Shown one piece after another: positions 1-9,753 of a DNA stretch of 64,000 bases. Origin of the DNA: Myxococcota bacterium. GTDB taxonomy: Bacteria > Myxococcota_A > SURF-8. The DNA lies in NCBI GenBank assembly GCA_965140415.1, contig OZ223209.1:5888001-5952000 (forward strand), in the 5' to 3' direction. The stretch's first letter is position 1; every line of letters starts with the position of its first letter. A program made the position numbers and the translations under genes. The notes under the pieces were generated by a model. The model had not been told where the DNA came from and searched no databases. It saw only the letters and a program-made list of their open reading frames with translations.

Positions 1-111
1 AGGCGTTGGTTAAGGGGTAGGGGGTAGAATCTGCATCTGCATCCAACCGTAGATCGGGTCGTTTGATCCGACATTCCATAGATCGAATTGATTTCCTGTC
101 CGACAATTCTC

Positions 112-1230
112 TTACAGCTTGTTCAAACGCCGAACGGCTTGCAAGGGCGAGCGCCAGAAGGCGTTGTGACCGATACCGCAGAGCATCGTCATGTACGCCT
201 GACTCGGCGACCAGCAGATGGGGCAACGCTGCTCTCGAATCAGGCGGCGGCAGTCCAGGCTTTTCGGCAAGGCCAACAGTGGCTCCAGTGCGCCATCGAA
301 CTCCAACACATTTCCCAGTACAACCGGATAATTGATGCAGGGTTGCAGGCTGCCGTCCGGCTCGATCAGCACCGAGGCGCGCAGGCTCATGCAGGGTAAG
401 GGTTGCCTTGGCGGCTGCGTTTCGTAAAACGACTGCGCCAGGGTCAAGAAGCGATTGCCCAATAGATCCGGGCGCAACTGCAAACGTCGCCAGAGATCGG
501 GACGCTGTTTCAGTGCGTCATGAAAACGCTGTACTTCTTCAACCTGCTCCGGCGTGTGCAGATAGTGCGGGCTGGTCGAATACAGGTTGATCGTTACCCG
601 CTCGCCGCGCGCTTCGCATTGCTCGATGTACTCCGGAGCAACGTCCAGGTTCCAGCGATTCAAATTGAAATTGTGATGTACGGCGATCTGGGGAAAGTGG
701 CGGCGCAACTCGCGCAGCTGCTTGAGAGTGTCTTCTTTGCGCGCGAAGCTTTGTTTGTGGCCGCGAATGTCGTTGTGAACCGCTTCCGGTCCATCGGAGG
801 ACACCATAAAGTGCAGCCTGGCCTGAGCCGGAATAAAGGGAGCCAGCTTCTCGGCAAGCGTCACCACGCGCTCGGTAAAGTAGCCGTTGGTATTGATGGA
901 ATACGTCAGCAGATCCGGCAGATTGGAAAACGCGGCGCGCGTGATTTCTTCCAGATCCGTACGCAGAAACGGTTCGCCTCCCGAAAGCGATACGATTTGC
1001 AAGCGTGGATTTCGTTGCCAGATGCGGTTGATCTGCTCGGCGTCCAACTCCGCCGGACGTTCTCCCGGATGGCTGCCCATACCGCATTGACGGCAGTGCA
1101 GGTTGCAGCGCTTGGTCACGGTGACCTTTAGTTTGATGATATCGACATAGTCGGTGCGCTCCCGCATCTGATGGTGACGCAAGATCCGCCCCAGTAATCT
1201 GGCGGAACTCTTGGCGCGCGCTCGATTCAT
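112..1230 (-). CDS. Radical SAM protein with C-terminal SPASM/twitch-like domain
   Basis: CNLHCRQC (CxxxCxxC), SGGEP, NTNG; C-terminal C-x17-C ... CPICW. Start placed at ATG 1230 (MNRARAK), overlapping the upstream stop as ATGA, rather than the track's 1368. Confidence 0.88.
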   Translation of the reverse strand: MNRARAKSSARLLGRILRHHQMRERTDYVDIIKLKVTVTKRCNLHCRQCGMGSHPGERPAELDAEQINRIWQRNPRLQIVSLSGGEPFLRTDLEEITRAAFSNLPDLLTYSINTNGYFTERVVTLAEKLAPFIPAQARLHFMVSSDGPEAVHNDIRGHKQSFARKEDTLKQLRELRRHFPQIAVHHNFNLNRWNLDVAPEYIEQCEARGERVTINLYSTSPHYLHTPEQVEEVQRFHDALKQRPDLWRRLQLRPDLLGNRFLTLAQSFYETQPPRQPLPCMSLRASVLIEPDGSLQPCINYPVVLGNVLEFDGALEPLLALPKSLDCRRLIREQRCPICWSPSQAYMTMLCGIGHNAFWRSPLQAVRRLNKL

Positions 1231-2606
1231 GACCGGCTCCGAACGGCGTTTGCCACCAGCCGCAACCCGGCCACCACGAGCGCCGAAGGTCGGTGTCGGC
1301 CTTGCAGGTAGCGACTCCAGCGCGAAGGGTCTAGATAGCGCGTCAGATAGGCCCGCTGCAAGGTCCATTGCAGTTCGCGGTCTTCCAGGCAGGAAGGGTT
1401 ATTGTGCAGCGCTTCCTTGAAAATTCCGCTGGGCAGCATGCCGTCGGCCTGGAGTTGCTCGTACAACTCACTACCCGGATGCGGCGTAAACAATCCCAAG
1501 GTGAAGGTATACGGGTCCAGCTCATCCAGAAATGCCAGCGTCTGGCGAACCTGCTCCCGCGTTTCACCGGGCAGACCGATCATCAAATGTGCGTGTGTGC
1601 GAATTCCCAAACGGCGGCAATGGGTAAAGGTCTGCCGGGCATGTTGCTTTCCGGCTTTGCCAATGCGGCTTAAAACCTCATCCGAGCCGGACTCCACCCC
1701 GAACTTGATGGTATGGCAACCGGCGCGCGCCATCAGCGCCAGCGTCTTTTCATCCAACGTTTCCACCCGCTGGTTGCAGACCCAGCCCAATATCAAGCCG
1801 CGTTGCAGAATGGCTTCGCATAGCTCCGGGATGTTCCCGGCAAAGAAGAGATCGTCGCGGAAAAAGATTTCCCGATACCCCAAGTCGACCAGGTACTCCA
1901 ATTCCTCCATGACCCTAGCGGTAGAATGTCGCCGGTAGCTGCGTTCGTAATAACCGGGTGTGTTGCAGAAGGTGCAGGCATACCGACAGCCGCGCGAAGC
2001 CAGGGCGTTGGTCCAGTTTTCCGTCTTCGCCAATAGATTCGGATAGCGATAGCCAAGGATCGGACGTCGGTCGGGAATCGGTAGCGTATCGAGATCTTGC
2101 AGCGGTGCTTTTTCGATGTTCATGGCCTGTCGGTGATAGACACCGGCAAGCGGCTCCTTTAGCGATGTGCTGTTGGCCAAGGTCATCAGCACCCATTCCG
2201 GGTCACTGGTACAAACGTGATCCGCCTGACCGGCATCGATCAAGCTGCTTGCCTGCTGCGGTTGCAGATTTCCGAAAACGAAAATCGTGCAATCGGGCAG
2301 GTGCTCTCGCAGACGCATTAGCACCTGGCGGTCGAACGAGAAAGTGTAGGCCGAAGTATGGGCGACAATCAGATCCTGATCTTCCACGCTGATCAGTAGT
2401 TTCTCGATTGTCAGGCTGTGATAGACGGCGTCGATCAGGCGAACCCGCCATCCGGCCTGGCGCAGCACGGTATAGGCATACAACAGACCCAGCGGCGGCA
2501 TCAGCGCATTGCTGATGCGCGCACCTCGGCACCAGGCTCCGTTGTAGAGATCCTTGATGATATTCTGGCCCGATTCATCGGGTAAATTGACAACTACGGC
2601 GCGCAT
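1227..2606 (-). CDS. B12-binding-domain radical SAM protein
   Basis: N-terminal PPLGLLY; ASRGCRYACTFC; FRDDLF; FGVESG; MIGLPGET; TPHPGS. Start at MRAVVVN (2606). Confidence 0.9.
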   Translation of the reverse strand: MRAVVVNLPDESGQNIIKDLYNGAWCRGARISNALMPPLGLLYAYTVLRQAGWRVRLIDAVYHSLTIEKLLISVEDQDLIVAHTSAYTFSFDRQVLMRLREHLPDCTIFVFGNLQPQQASSLIDAGQADHVCTSDPEWVLMTLANSTSLKEPLAGVYHRQAMNIEKAPLQDLDTLPIPDRRPILGYRYPNLLAKTENWTNALASRGCRYACTFCNTPGYYERSYRRHSTARVMEELEYLVDLGYREIFFRDDLFFAGNIPELCEAILQRGLILGWVCNQRVETLDEKTLALMARAGCHTIKFGVESGSDEVLSRIGKAGKQHARQTFTHCRRLGIRTHAHLMIGLPGETREQVRQTLAFLDELDPYTFTLGLFTPHPGSELYEQLQADGMLPSGIFKEALHNNPSCLEDRELQWTLQRAYLTRYLDPSRWSRYLQGRHRPSALVVAGLRLVANAVRSRS

Positions 2607-2732
2607 GATGCCGGAACCTTTTTTGCTAAGTCGTTCGCTATCCCAACCCGAATACCATAGCACAGCATCAGGCGCTGCGATAGTTCATGAAACAGCAGAA
2701 CGGTCATTTCCTCCAAAACTTCCAATGTACAG

Positions 2733-5090
2733 TTACGGTGCCGGGTTCGGTTCAAGCCAGACGGGAGGCTGGGAGGCAGGAGCATCGGGAGAAATCAACG
2801 CATGGATGGCTTCGAAGCGAATTCCCGCCTCGGCTTGATTGCGTCCCTCGGCGACCCGGACGTTTTTCAGAAATGTCGTGAAATAGGCGAGCGGATCGCG
2901 ACTGTCGCTGGCTGCTTCCTGCTGTAACGGATCGTAAAACAACACGATCCGGTCGTACTTATTCAAGCGGCGATGGAGCACGGCTAGTTCTTTAGAGCAG
3001 CAGGTCATATCGATCCGTTCCGTCGCCATCGAAAGCTGCTTTTCGGCATAGAGGAGCAGATCGGGGTTGATGATGGGCGGGGTCATCGATTTCGCCTGTT
3101 GAATATCCTGCAATAACCGTGTGTCGTCGCGAAAAAGCGCAAACCCCGGATGATCTTTGAGCTTGTAGCGCATGCATAGATTGCGATCCAGCAGTTGGTT
3201 GCGCAGTGCAATGTTTTCCAGCGTCCTATCCGCAGGACAGCAACTCGGCCAGAGCTCCGTCAGCGCCAGGTGATCGACATGCCCGGCGGCGGAAAGGTAG
3301 GCACCGGCATCCCGATCTTGACCGTAGGATGCATACAACGCGAGCGTGCGCGGCTGCGGGTGATAGTCACGCACGATTTCCAGTGCCTGATTGCGCTGGT
3401 TGAACATCTCGCTCAAATAGATCCGATAGCCTTGGAAAACGAGGAAAAGCGCCAGAATCGCCAGAACGACGCGAGGCCACTTTTCATGGCGTCTCTCCCA
3501 CAGCCAAACCAGTTCCGGTGCCAGCGCCACGCTGAAGGGCGTTAGAAACAGCAAGGCATAGCGCCAGTGGTTCATGCCGTATGGTTGCGTCGCCAGCAGA
3601 AACAAGGCCATCAAAGGCAGAAGCGCCAGATACAGCGGCAGATCCCGGCTGCGAAAACGGAAGAATAATCCGTAAAGGAATAGAAGCTTGAAGGGCAGCA
3701 GGGGCGGATTCAATAAAATCGAGAGCTTGTTCAAACCGAAGGGAACCCGGTCCTGCCCCAGTCGACCACGCGTGATGTTCCCCAGGTCTGCCAAGAAGGC
3801 CTGGTATCCGTTCATGAGAATCAGCGCAGATAAAAACGCGGGAGTCAAAGCCAGCAGCAGCGCCAGGCGGCGATGATGTCCCTTATGCCAGGCAAAACCT
3901 CCTACGATCACGGCGTGGGCGGGAATCAACGCCAGAAATTCCGGTTTCAGTAAGGCGCTTAGCAGTAAGAAGGCGGTACTGATCGGAATGGCAAAAAGGG
4001 CAATGGCTTTCGATTGCTGTGCCCAGATTGCCAAACACAGCGCCGCGGTAAAGCAGGCTGCCGTGGGCAGATAGGCCGAAATGGCGCCACTCATGGCTAA
4101 CGCTGCCGGGCTAAGCAACATGAAGACGGCGGCGGCGATGGCTACCCGCCTTTGGGCGCTCCACTGCCAGGCAAAGAGATAAGTCAAGGGAACCAGCAGC
4201 CAGCCGCACATCCGGTTCAACCAGAACAGCGCGTCGATGCCATTACCCCAAAGTGAGAAGGCGGTGTGGAAAAGCGGCAAGAGCAGTCCGTGCATGCTGT
4301 GAGAACTTGGAATTTCCCAACCGGGCAGGGCGCGGGCTGTGGCCACCAGCACCAGATCGTCGTTCTGCATGTGCATCAACGCTCCGGGCAGTAACAGTCT
4401 CGATGCCGCCGCCACAGCTGCGATCAACCAGAACCAGTAAAGGCTGGAGCGATCCTTCTTTAAAGGAAGCGAACACAGAACCAGCAACATGCCGCCAAGC
4501 CCCAGAATACTAAGCGGGGTCCACCATGGCGCAGCGGTCTGGGAAGGAGCAGGATGGATAAAGGGATATCCTTTTAGTTCGTCGCTTTGAATGGAATGCG
4601 TTTTTTCGTCGTTGTTCTGCTGCCGGACTTCGATGAACAGGTCTTTCAGCTTTGCCAGCCGCCCGTTCTGTTGCGCCCAGTGTAACCATTGTGCAGCTAT
4701 CGTTTTATTGACTTCGAATGACGTGACGGGACAGACTGAAATCTCGCTAGTCGTATCGAGGAAACAGCCGCTTGTATCAGGCAGCGATTTCCGCTTCTCG
4801 CTGCGAGTAATCAATAGGCCGACTTCTTCCCTTGTTTGAGCCGCTTGCAATTTCAGCCGGAGGCTGGTGCGCTCGATACCGATCTCTAAAAGACGACCAT
4901 GCTCCGCCTGCCAGGAAGTAGGCGGCTTCAATAATTGCAGAAGATCTTGTTCATTTCCCTGCGCGATGGCGTAATCGGCTCGGGCGGAATTCAGTGGCAG
5001 CAGCAGAACGATCAACCCCAGCCAGAACACGCAGAAACCCTGTGTTCCAGCCGTTTTAAAACGCTGCCCCCCTGGAATCAATACGGACAT
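2733..5090 (-). CDS. Polytopic membrane protein, probable GT-C (PMT/ArnT-like) glycosyltransferase
   Basis: N-terminal hydrophobic segment and soluble domain, then about 11-13 TM helices, acidic NDD motif in the first loop, LLKPE, WRYALL, soluble C-terminal domain. Start uncertain (5090 vs 5150). Confidence 0.65.
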   Translation of the reverse strand: MSVLIPGGQRFKTAGTQGFCVFWLGLIVLLLPLNSARADYAIAQGNEQDLLQLLKPPTSWQAEHGRLLEIGIERTSLRLKLQAAQTREEVGLLITRSEKRKSLPDTSGCFLDTTSEISVCPVTSFEVNKTIAAQWLHWAQQNGRLAKLKDLFIEVRQQNNDEKTHSIQSDELKGYPFIHPAPSQTAAPWWTPLSILGLGGMLLVLCSLPLKKDRSSLYWFWLIAAVAAASRLLLPGALMHMQNDDLVLVATARALPGWEIPSSHSMHGLLLPLFHTAFSLWGNGIDALFWLNRMCGWLLVPLTYLFAWQWSAQRRVAIAAAVFMLLSPAALAMSGAISAYLPTAACFTAALCLAIWAQQSKAIALFAIPISTAFLLLSALLKPEFLALIPAHAVIVGGFAWHKGHHRRLALLLALTPAFLSALILMNGYQAFLADLGNITRGRLGQDRVPFGLNKLSILLNPPLLPFKLLFLYGLFFRFRSRDLPLYLALLPLMALFLLATQPYGMNHWRYALLFLTPFSVALAPELVWLWERRHEKWPRVVLAILALFLVFQGYRIYLSEMFNQRNQALEIVRDYHPQPRTLALYASYGQDRDAGAYLSAAGHVDHLALTELWPSCCPADRTLENIALRNQLLDRNLCMRYKLKDHPGFALFRDDTRLLQDIQQAKSMTPPIINPDLLLYAEKQLSMATERIDMTCCSKELAVLHRRLNKYDRIVLFYDPLQQEAASDSRDPLAYFTTFLKNVRVAEGRNQAEAGIRFEAIHALISPDAPASQPPVWLEPNPAP

Positions 5091-7240
5091 ACATCGGTTC
5101 CGATACACTGGGTGCCGGTCTGGCAGCTTCGTAAAGCCCAGTAATTGCAACCGGTGTTGCTGTTGGGCTGGCAGACCTCGAAGTGGTCCGGGTCGTCGGC
5201 GATGCAGCGCTTCTGGTTTAACGTGCAGCTTACTTCACAGATGCACTCGCCGTTACTGCACACGGTGGTGCTTGGACAATAGCTGGTGGACCAGTACAGG
5301 CAGCCGTAATAGTCTTCGGTGCATTCGTAAATGATGTCCTGATCGTCGCTGGAGCAGCGGGTGGCTCCTTCTGTGCATTCATTGACGCATTCGCATTCTC
5401 CGCTTACGCAGCTTTGACCGGAAGGACAACTGCGCGGGGAGCTGTACTCCAGGCAGTAGTCGTTGTCGTAGTCGTCGCAGATCAAATAGCTGATCGGTGC
5501 CTCGGTGTCGTCCGGGTCGCAGATTCGCGTGTCTTCCGTGCATTCGTTGCGGCAGGGGGCGATACAGGTGTTGTCTTTGCCGCAATCGGGTTTGGCGATA
5601 GTGGTACAATCGCTGTCGCTCAAGCATTCAACGCATTCATGGTCATCCGGGTGGCAGCGCGTACTGCCGTCGCAGTGGCTGTCGGAGAGGCACTCCCAGC
5701 AGTTTCCGCTGCTCGTGTTGCAGTGCCAGTCGCTGGGGACACAGTCACTGTCGCTCTGGCAATCGATGCACAGATAATCGTAAGGATCGCAGGCGGTGCC
5801 CTGACAATGCGAATCCTGCTGGCATTCGTAGCAGCCCTCCTCGATGCATAACCAGCGATCAGCATTGAGGCAGACAGGCAGACCGAAGGCGCAACTGCTG
5901 ATGCATTCCCTTGTCAACGGATCGCACATTTCAAGACCCAGCGTATACAGCAGGCAGTCTTCGTTCTGGGAGCAGGAGGAACTTGGCAGCGCCGTACATT
6001 GCGCCAGGTTGGGGTGGCAGTACTGACCGTTGGGACAATCCGTGTCGGACCCGCAACCGCTTTCAACGCAACTGCCGTTGATGCAGTTTAAATCGCCGCT
6101 GCAATGATCGTCGGTCAGGCATTGTACGCAGGCTCCGGTACCAACGTGGTTACAGTGCAAATTGTTGGCGCAATCCGCATCGGTCTCGCAACCGGGCAGG
6201 CATTGTGCTTCGACACAGACCTTGCCTGCGCCGCAGTCCGATTTTTCGATACACTGAACGCATTCACCGGTATCGGGCAGACAAACGGGCTTATCCGCCG
6301 GGCATTCGATGCGCGAGCAGTCGATCTTGCAGGCATGATCCAAACAGACCAGGTTGCCGTCGCAATGCTCGTCCAAGACGCATTCATAGCAACCGCCATG
6401 CGTTCCCGCTCTGGGATCGCAAACCAGTGGTGTGGGACAATCTCGCGCGCTGCGGCAGCCTTCGATGCAGGCGTTGTCTTCGCAGATGCGACCGATACTG
6501 CAATGAGCGTCGGTGCGGCACTGCATGCAAACCCCATTATCCGAGTCGCAATAGGGCGTATTCGTGAAGGAGGCGCAATCGCTGTCGCGCTCGCAGATGA
6601 ACGCACAACTGTAATTGATGCAGCGCTCGTTACCTTCCAAGCAATGGTCGTCGGTTTTACATTGCACGCAACGCCCGTGAGCGTCCAGACTCGTTTCGCA
6701 AATGTAAGGCTGGGGACAATCCCGGTCGCTTTCACAACCGGCCACGCAGTGACTGTCGATGCAGAGTTCCCCCATCTGGCAATCGCCGTGCGTACGGCAG
6801 TCCGGGGTTACTTCATCGCCGTCTGGCTGAACCTGATCGCCATCGGGTTGGATCTGGTCGCCGTCCGGCTGGATCTGATCGCCATCGGGTTGGATCTGAT
6901 CACCGTCCGGCTGCGTCTGATCGCCATCCACCGGAACGATGGGAATGCATACGCCATCGGTGCAGGTATAACCCGGGTTGCAGTCCATGGAACTCGTACA
7001 ACCCGCTTGACAGTGACCGAATATACAACGATGCCCGGCAGGACAATCCGCCGAATTGACGCAGGAATTCGTGGCTTGTTCCTGCTCGATTTCGATTTCT
7101 TCCTCTTCGTCTCCGTCCACGAAAGAATTGAAATCCGTTTTCGAGCTTTCGCATCCGACAAGATTACATAACAGGAAAATCGACAAGACTCCGACCAAGA
7201 CCAGCAACGGGCGCGCCTGTTTCTTCATGATAAACCTCAA
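5078..7240 (-). CDS. Cysteine-rich repeat lipoprotein
   Basis: Signal peptide with lipobox LVGC; many CxxDxDCxxGxxCxxxxC modules; C-terminal CxNECTEG..RC modules; DGDQxQP tandem linker. Confidence 0.85.
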   Translation of the reverse strand: MRFIMKKQARPLLVLVGVLSIFLLCNLVGCESSKTDFNSFVDGDEEEEIEIEQEQATNSCVNSADCPAGHRCIFGHCQAGCTSSMDCNPGYTCTDGVCIPIVPVDGDQTQPDGDQIQPDGDQIQPDGDQIQPDGDQVQPDGDEVTPDCRTHGDCQMGELCIDSHCVAGCESDRDCPQPYICETSLDAHGRCVQCKTDDHCLEGNERCINYSCAFICERDSDCASFTNTPYCDSDNGVCMQCRTDAHCSIGRICEDNACIEGCRSARDCPTPLVCDPRAGTHGGCYECVLDEHCDGNLVCLDHACKIDCSRIECPADKPVCLPDTGECVQCIEKSDCGAGKVCVEAQCLPGCETDADCANNLHCNHVGTGACVQCLTDDHCSGDLNCINGSCVESGCGSDTDCPNGQYCHPNLAQCTALPSSSCSQNEDCLLYTLGLEMCDPLTRECISSCAFGLPVCLNADRWLCIEEGCYECQQDSHCQGTACDPYDYLCIDCQSDSDCVPSDWHCNTSSGNCWECLSDSHCDGSTRCHPDDHECVECLSDSDCTTIAKPDCGKDNTCIAPCRNECTEDTRICDPDDTEAPISYLICDDYDNDYCLEYSSPRSCPSGQSCVSGECECVNECTEGATRCSSDDQDIIYECTEDYYGCLYWSTSYCPSTTVCSNGECICEVSCTLNQKRCIADDPDHFEVCQPNSNTGCNYWALRSCQTGTQCIGTDVCPY
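6812..6928 (-). repeat. 21-bp in-frame tandem repeat encoding DGDQxQP (5 full units + partial)
   Basis: Protein DGDQTQP-DGDQIQP-DGDQIQP-DGDQIQP-DGDQVQP-DGDE; DNA units differ mostly at synonymous positions. Confidence 0.95.
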
Positions 7241-7691
7241 ATGATGCGTGATAGGTGTAAGCGGCCTGACCCGATCGATTCGGTGAACAGACTAATACTC
7301 TACCTATCATACACCGAGACCATCGTCAATTTCAGAACTTGAAACTCTGAAAATAGTAGATGAACGGGTCAACCCCTGAATATTTCTAAGATATTCTCAG
7401 TGGATTTGATTTGTCGGAGATTGCTGGAAAACTCCATGAAAATGCAGGTTGAATTCGGATTTTCGGCATTTGCGAAATGGGCAAGGTTGGAATCACGTTT
7501 GGGGAAAAGCGGGTTAACCGCAAGGAAAACCTTGACAATTTCTGCAATTACTGATAAACACGCTGGCCTATTGATCCGATGACCGGACCGGGTCAACTTT
7601 TTACATTCAAAGCCTGATGATCCGGTCGGAATTCGAGTTCAGCGCCGCACGGTCAAAGGATCGCGCGTCGAATACAGGAAAGGAAATCGTT

Positions 7692-7949
7692 ATGATCACG
7701 AGAGAAATGCGAGTCGGCGGCAAACTTCGCAAATTTGAATGCTACCCCATCATCGAAAAATGTGAAGGCTGTAGCCATGCGGCAGTCGAAGGGGAAGCCA
7801 GCTACTGCGATACCTACGCGAAACCGGATTTCCAGTGGAAAAACGGCAACTGCATTGCCTCCACCCACATCGAGCATCATATCGTCAGTGCGGCAGAGCA
7901 GAAGGTCAACCCGTTGAAGGCCAGTAAGCGCGCCAGCCGCGGTCGCTAA
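7692..7949 (+). CDS. PxxKW-family-like small Cys-rich protein
   Basis: C.PIIEKCEGC...YC..Y.KPDFQW..GNC..STH ... KVNPLKASKR pattern; SD AGGAAAGGA before ATG 7692; terminator follows. Confidence 0.8.
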   Translation: MITREMRVGGKLRKFECYPIIEKCEGCSHAAVEGEASYCDTYAKPDFQWKNGNCIASTHIEHHIVSAAEQKVNPLKASKRASRGR

Positions 7950-7975
7950 ACCAGCGATTTCAATACGTTTCTGTT

Positions 7976-8005
7976 AAAGGCGAACCGGATCGGTTCGCCT
8001 TTTTT
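7976..8005 (+). terminator. Rho-independent terminator
   Basis: aaaggcgaaccg-gat-cggttcgccttt followed by T-run. Confidence 0.85.
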
Positions 8006-8075
8006 ATGTGCTTTTTATGGCAGGAAACGTTTAGACCGGTTCTCAATCATTTTCAGCCACAGATTCTGTGAGTTT

Positions 8076-8176
8076 TGTGCCATAGTCTTACTCGATCCTA
8101 GATCGTGGAAGGCTGTGTGTCTTCAATAAGTTACACACGTTTTCCCGGAATTTCCATTCCGTGAGACCATGGCACA
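8076..8176. repeat. 101-bp REPIN/MITE-like element (family E), inverted copy at 48057..48157
   Basis: Near-identical reverse complement of 48057..48157; imperfect terminal IRs tgtgccatagtcttac / gtgagaccatggcaca; similarity extends about 40 bp into the flank. Confidence 0.9.
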
Positions 8177-8331
8177 TCATGATTAGAAATAGGCAACACC
8201 AGTTTTGCCACCTGCACAACGAAAACGAGGCGGAGAATCCAGATATTCTCCAGACTCGCCGCCTCGCCATTCTCTGCTAGCGTGGAACTCGGCTCCACAC
8301 TAGAAAATCATCGGAACTGGATCTCGAACCG

Positions 8332-9495
8332 TCACTGTTTCTCCAGCACCATGAAATCGGTGACTTGATCGTCATCGCTCATCATCGTCCATTCAGCATA
8401 CAGCATGTTGCCGTCTACGCAGTACTGGGCGGTGCTGGTGTTTTCTTTTCCGTCCACGGTGGCCGTCACGGTGACTTCATTCCCGCTGGTGGTGTAGGTG
8501 CCTTCCACATCGATGGGATAGCTTTTACCCTCGTCGTCCGCTTTTTCGCAGCTACAGGCATTGTCGGCGTAGGTACAGGTGCCCATTTCGGCGTGCTCCT
8601 GGGCGAAATTGCAAACGCCCTGCGGTGTGGGATCAGATGCCATCATCGGATCTTCAGCGAGCAATTCCAGGCAGTCCTGATCGAAGCTCCAGAAATAGGA
8701 ATTCATGGCAAACACGAGATTCTCGGTAAAGGAACCATCGCTGTTCATGACCAGGGTTCCGGTCAAGGTGGTATCCACGCCGACTACGCCGTCTTCGCAT
8801 TCGGGACCGAGTTCCGCCCAGGGATTTTCGGTGTTGCCGAATGTGCCGGACATACACAGGGTTTGCACCTGCCAGGTTCCGGTAATATCACCGCCGCAGC
8901 CTTCGAAATTCGTGTCCTGACAGACTTCATCCGTCGTATTGATCACCATTCCGTCATCGGTGAAATAAATGACGTAGCGCGAGAAATGAGAAACGTCGCC
9001 GCTGACTTTACCGTCGGCAAGCGCCGAGCCTTCGACTTCGTTCCAGACATCATCTTCCAATACCGCCAGAACGGCCTTCTTGCCTTCCGGTACGCTGTCG
9101 GAAAACTCCAAGGATAGTGTCACCGGGCTGGAGAACTGGGTTCCATCCGGGCCGAATTCAAAGACGTAACTTCCCAATGCCGATGCCTCCGGGAAGTCAT
9201 CGACCGCCAGGGTATCTACGCTTAGTTCCTTGTCGGCGTCCAGCGCTCCGGCAGGAACCGTCAAGCTCGCACTGCCCGATCCGGTCGCCAAGGTTCCGCC
9301 ATCGGCGGCACTGATGGTTTCCGATGCGCTTTCGCCGACCTCGCCGGAATAGGTGATATCGCCATCGGCGCTGTCGCCGTCTGCGCTGTTGCCATCCGTT
9401 GTGTTGTTATTATCGTCATCAGAACCGCAAGCCACACATAAACAAAGACTTGCAAACAGTACTACCCATACAAGCAACGCTTTCTTCGTCATCAT
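8332..9495 (-). CDS. Lipoprotein with ZU5-like domain and Cys-containing C-terminal domain
   Basis: Lipobox CVAC; DGD linker; GGTL..ASLTVPAGAL ... FEFGPDGTQFSSPVTLSL; CGGDITGTW. Start MMTKK (9495). Confidence 0.7.
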   Translation of the reverse strand: MMTKKALLVWVVLFASLCLCVACGSDDDNNNTTDGNSADGDSADGDITYSGEVGESASETISAADGGTLATGSGSASLTVPAGALDADKELSVDTLAVDDFPEASALGSYVFEFGPDGTQFSSPVTLSLEFSDSVPEGKKAVLAVLEDDVWNEVEGSALADGKVSGDVSHFSRYVIYFTDDGMVINTTDEVCQDTNFEGCGGDITGTWQVQTLCMSGTFGNTENPWAELGPECEDGVVGVDTTLTGTLVMNSDGSFTENLVFAMNSYFWSFDQDCLELLAEDPMMASDPTPQGVCNFAQEHAEMGTCTYADNACSCEKADDEGKSYPIDVEGTYTTSGNEVTVTATVDGKENTSTAQYCVDGNMLYAEWTMMSDDDQVTDFMVLEKQ

Positions 9496-9753
9496 TCTCT
9501 CCCTATGGTTGGACTTCGTTGAGTAGTCGCCCCCTATTGCGACCCTTCCATTATTTTTTTTATTTAGAGTAAAACACAAGGAGGAAAAAGTAAATTACAA
9601 AAGTTTACAAATAACAAACGTTACGAGAGTGAAACGACATTACATCCCAAATCATGCTTGTACCAAATCACGACATAAACGAGAACCGGGGCGCGTCAAT
9701 AATGTACAGGTTGACGGCCCCGGATGGTTTAACTTGTTGTAATAATGCGATAT

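Noticed and set aside
1-60. Short repeats ggggtag x2 and tctgca x2
   Set aside because: Only two copies each, at the window edge; not interpretable.
6812-6928. CRISPR-like periodicity
   Set aside because: Contiguous in-frame coding repeat with no spacers and no cas genes.
112-7240. RiPP (sacti/ranthipeptide) cluster using the Cys-rich protein as precursor
   Set aside because: The protein is a 720-aa exported lipoprotein; no short precursor, RRE domain, peptidase or exporter is seen.
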